A DNA stretch of 63,537 nucleotides, counting the filler, from Saprolegnia diclina VS20 (Eukaryota), in NCBI RefSeq assembly GCF_000281045.1. It is 7 parts of 2 records of this genome, joined end to end, with 100 filler letters (N's around TTAATTAATTAA, not from the genome) between each part and the next. Parts side by side here need not be neighbours in the genome. Positions count along the whole stretch, not along the records: positions 57,799 to 61,114 come from NW_008246117.1; positions 61,215 to 63,537 come from NW_008246118.1; 5 more parts are not named here. The stretch is one strand, 5' to 3'. This document shows positions 59,644-63,537 of this stretch, one piece after another. The translations under genes were made by a program, and so were the position numbers. The notes beneath the pieces are model-generated. The model saw only the letters and a program-made list of their open reading frames with translations. It did no database searches and was not told where the DNA came from. How positions within the stretch are numbered: position 1 is the first letter of the stretch; each line of letters begins with the position of its first letter.

Positions 59644-60675
59644 ATGAGCTGTCAAGTGCCCATGATGGCCATCGACACGTCCCTCGCCAACACCCGCGGC
59701 CTTCTCATCCACCAAAAGTTCCAAGCGGTCGACGTCGTTGCCGATGTGCTCGATTTGCCGTACGAGGCCAAGAACAAGTACCGCATTCACCACATGCCAC
59801 CCGACAAGAGAGCGCGAAGCCACCCGCACGACGCCGAGGGGTGGCAACCGACGACGGTCGGGATCGAAGCCCTCGACAAATTCCTCTTTGCACACGAAGA
59901 GTCGGGCCTATGCATGCGCATGATTCTCAAGTATTTGGGCTGCAGCAACCTCCGCCCGATGAAGATGCACATCATGGTCGAGGGTGCAACCGGCGACGCG
60001 TACGTAATTGACCGTCCATTTCGCTTGGGCGGCGCCTACTGCCTCCCATTGACGATGAACCTCAGCGCGGTGCACGGCTCGGAACTCATTCGCATCGGTC
60101 GCGCGCGCGAGAACTTTTCCAGTTACATTGGCAAGTGCTTCCAGGCCTGCTGTCTCTGCACCACGTACACGGACATTGAGCGGCTCTTACCGGACAATAC
60201 GTTCTCCAAGCGGTACACGATTCGCCTCAACGTCGCTTGCTGCGGCCGCACCAACAACTTCTGCGGCGGCACGTGTTTCAAGCGCAATGCGGTCTACGAC
60301 ATCTTGGACGTCCAGGACAATGTGGTAGCCCATTTGCAGCTTACGGCAGCCGACACGCGCTCGTGGTGCCGCGCCATGGGCTCTTTCAACACGTACATTC
60401 TCGAGTTCCCGCCGGATTCGACGCCCGAAGACCGCGCGCTTCTGGTCACCGCGCTCTTCCAGATTGAATTCGCCATGTTTGAGACGACGGGNNNNNNNNN
60501 NNNNNNNNNNNNNNNNNNNNNNNNNNNNNNNNNNNNNNNNNNNNNNNNNNNNNNNNNNNNNNNNNNNNNNNNNNNNNNNNNNNNNNNNNNNTCGACGCCC
60601 GAAGACCGCGCGCTTCTGGTCACCGCGCTCTTCCAGATTGAATTCGCCATGTTTGAGACGACGGGCGACAACTAG
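59644..60675 (+). CDS. Phospholipid scramblase-family protein
   Basis: YEAKNKYRI, LFAHEESGLCMR, RPMKMHI, IDRPF, Cys-rich CC motifs, YILEFPPDSTPEDRALLVTALFQIEF. The last 74 bp before the gap are repeated after it (assembly overlap). Confidence 0.85.
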   Translation: MSCQVPMMAIDTSLANTRGLLIHQKFQAVDVVADVLDLPYEAKNKYRIHHMPPDKRARSHPHDAEGWQPTTVGIEALDKFLFAHEESGLCMRMILKYLGCSNLRPMKMHIMVEGATGDAYVIDRPFRLGGAYCLPLTMNLSAVHGSELIRIGRARENFSSYIGKCFQACCLCTTYTDIERLLPDNTFSKRYTIRLNVACCGRTNNFCGGTCFKRNAVYDILDVQDNVVAHLQLTAADTRSWCRAMGSFNTYILEFPPDSTPEDRALLVTALFQIEFAMFETTXXXXXXXXXXXXXXXXXXXXXXXXXXXXXXXXXXSTPEDRALLVTALFQIEFAMFETTGDN

Positions 60676-63537
60676 GCCGGTAGTCTCAATTCCTAGCTTG
60701 TTTATCGTGGCGTCCTCCAACAAAATCGATCATCAGCGTCTCGAAACGTGTCTTGTAGCACGGAGAATAATAGGGTTGGTCCTCCCAATGTGTTGTCAGA
60801 TTTCGAATTTCCCCGCTGCCTGTGCCCAATAGATCGCATAATACGAGAAATAATGGATTTAGTCTATGTTTGCTCGCCTTTGCAACACCGCAGAGATTGG
60901 TAGGTTGAAGCTAGTAGTTCGAGAAGGCGCGCGTCCGAGTGCCGCTGGAACCCAAGCAGGCGAAATGCAAGGTTATTCTTGCTAAAAGGTCAAGTTGTTT
61001 TACAACCTCGAACGAGACACTCTACGCCGTGCCATCAAAAATACCCTCGTCCTCAACACTCCTAGCAAATCAAAATGACACGTCAAACGAGTTGTTTGAT
61101 TCACCACAAAACAANNNNNNNNNNNNNNNNNNNNNNNNNNNNNNNNNNNNNNNNNNNNTTAATTAATTAANNNNNNNNNNNNNNNNNNNNNNNNNNNNNN
61201 NNNNNNNNNNNNNNGATACAACTAGTCCATATATTGCTTCTTTGGTGACCGTTGATTACCAATCTGAGTCGAATGATGGTCATGACGCATACGGGTGGGT
61301 GGACTACGCCGGCACAATCTACTTGGTCCACGCCGTATCGCATAAGTGCAGCCCCGGCGCAATCGTTTGCGTCACAGGCGTTGAAACGGTTGCACGCAAG
61401 ACCTACAAGGCGAAAAGCGCGGAACCAACTAACAAATTAAAAGAGACCGTTGATTTGTGTTGCAACGAGTTGTTGCCGGAAGGAGCCACCGTGTCTGTGG
61501 CATTCGTGGACCAAAACTCGCAAGGACCATAATTCGAATCCCAATCGCAGGATCGCGTCGACGATAATAGAGATGAAGAATGCTGCGGGGTATAATTCGG
61601 CCGGCGCTGGGTTCGAAGTGCCCACCTCATCGGTGGCATTCGAGGTGACGTCAATAAACTTGGTGAGGCAGCGTCGATCTTCAGGCAAGAAAATTTTCAT
61701 CGGCGCATTCACCGGTTCTTGAGCATCGCCTAACGCACAATGCGCAAATTTTCTGGAAGTCGTGTTTGGTGCGACAGGAGCTCGAACCGATCTGCATACT
61801 TCTGGACCACATGAATGATGTGATATGAAGCAGTTGGCGACTTCAAAATCCACCAGCTCGTTCGAGGAACGTGATGTGCATGCGCAATGCCGCGGCTGTG
61901 CGCAGTAGCTCAAGAAGAGCACTGCGAGCACTGTCCCATGCCGAACGAGGACTTTGACGCATCATGCGCATGTGCATTGATTGCAGCCGTCGAGGTGTCC
62001 ACTTTTGCACGGTTCGAGCGCCAGAACGAACAGCATATCGACCACCTGGAGCTCACTGCAGGGATCTGGAGCGGTGTACAAGAGCGTTTGTGGATCTCGG
62101 CCCTGAATAGCGATGTCTAAAACATGGAGACGGTAGCAACGTCGGCCGTTTCAATACTTGACGCGGCACTTTGTCGCCCAACCCACGAGCGTCAACACCC
62201 AATATCAAGGTACTTTTGACCGCGTACTTTAACTGGTGAGTTGGCGGTTGGCGGCACCTGAGCTGATTGCTACACGGTACGAAACACCCGCTAGAGGTGT
62301 CTCGTTTTAATATAAACGTTCTGCGTCACGTCGCAATCCCATCATCCTTTCTGGCCACGCGATTCGCGCTGCAGCCTCATCACGTTTTAAGCGGAGTGTC
62401 TCCACCCGCATCCGTCCAGTGCGAATTGTGTCCGAAAAGACCAACTTCAACATCAACGGGCAGCCGCGCTGGACGACCAGAGTACTACTTAGTAGATGCA
62501 AGCAAGGTTCGAGGTCACAAAGTGGTGGGTGTTCCGAATAGCAGGAGCTGTAGCGGGGCGAGGCTCGCCTTTGTGACGTCAAGAAGGCGACGACGTACCG
62601 TGCAGGAGCTATATTGTATAGGCCAAATGTTGAAGGTTAGCCAAGAATGTATGGTCATTATTAACAAGCCAGTTCGATCAAAGCCCACGGGACGGTATGC
62701 AAACCGACGGGCTACTAGTTGGCCAACACCTAGGTGTGCACCTCTCGCTCATCGGTGGCGAGGGGATACCGTCGCGGTCCCAAGGGGATGCTTGCTATAA
62801 GCTCCTCTGAAGTGAGCGACGTGCTCGTTGAAGCAAGATACTAGTGCACCCAATAAGATTCTAGTCATGGGTCAATGTACTAGTACACCCAAGTACGAGA
62901 CCCATTATTTTTCTTGAGGCAACGCGCTCCGGCCCGATAAAGTGTGCTTCGCCAGCTCTCCGCGTCAAGCGCAGGCTTCCAAATTACCGTTATCCATTGC
63001 ATCCTTCGCGCGTTGCATTGGACCAATCCAGGGTCGCACGATTTCTCATTGGCCCGCACCGACTTCAACTTTCAACATTTGCCTTCCTCTTGGACCTCCC
63101 GGTAGCCCATTGATGTCGTACTGTACAAAGATACATTATGTATCTAAAAAGGGTATGTATTTACAGAGGTACAAAACCATGCACAATAAAATGCTTTTAC
63201 AGGTCCTACATGCGACCTCTTAGGTCTATATCGCGACAAATTCATATGCCTAATGTATCCCATTCAAGAGGAGATCAAGTTTGAGAAGTTGCATCAAGAC
63301 AGATACGTCTCCATAAGACATCTTGGGGATCGGACCAGTGCACTCGCCGGCATAAGCAGCCCATTCATTTCAGCGTGGTTCGATGAAGAGAAAAATCGTA
63401 TCCTCGCGCACTGGGCTCTTTGTACCATTCCTCAACTCACCGTCTCGGGCGCACCTCCATCAAACTAGAAGAATGCCCGAATTCACCAAAGAAGCTGGTA
63501 TTGCCTTTGCCCTCACGTGGGCCGCAGCAGTCGCGAC

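Noticed and set aside
60418..60665. Apparent tandem duplication of the scramblase C-terminus
   Set aside because: 74 identical bases either side of a 100-N gap indicate an unmerged contig overlap.
10570..61170. TTAATTAATTAA flanked by ~45 Ns at 10570, 19571, 27871, 39969, 57743 and 61159
   Set aside because: Identical 12-mer with stops in all six frames centred in fixed-size gaps: an artificial contig linker, not biology. Order across these joins is uncertain.
61215..63537. Lower-GC terminal contig with fragmentary ORFs, possible transposon or viral relic
   Set aside because: No transposase, RT or viral motif and no terminal repeats that I could identify; needs a translated homology search.

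Overview
Gene-dense, GC-rich eukaryotic scaffold with short (about 45-100 bp) GT-AG introns and TCATT(Y)YNNNWTTY INR+FPR core promoters. It is almost certainly an oomycete, most likely of the Saprolegniales (inferred from the gene families). It is a gapped draft: six N-flanked TTAATTAATTAA spacers are contig-joining artefacts, so adjacency across them is unproven. The left ~28 kb is accessory. It holds a frameshifted mitochondrial-carrier pseudogene, a two-unit minisatellite, a WD40 gene, and a secreted-protein cluster (PAN/Apple gene, a head-to-head pair of intron-containing beta-lactamase/PBP-like serine hydrolases, a second PAN gene). It also holds a short, apparently young non-autonomous Ty1/copia-type LTR element with a half-tRNA-type primer site, and a birth-and-death array of intronless ankyrin-repeat genes (six copies in the window, two disabled). 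The right part is mostly housekeeping: double-CBM1 secreted protein, annexin, ELP5, CFAP45, FUN14, Zn-ribbon/WW CaaX protein, DnaJ, RPC5, coronin-7, NIPA transporter, a KNL1/Spc7-like kinetochore scaffold carrying RRxTLDP repeats rather than canonical MELT repeats, a membrane protein and a scramblase. CDS coordinates for intron-containing genes are whole gene spans from manual splicing. All family assignments come from motif recognition, not database searches.
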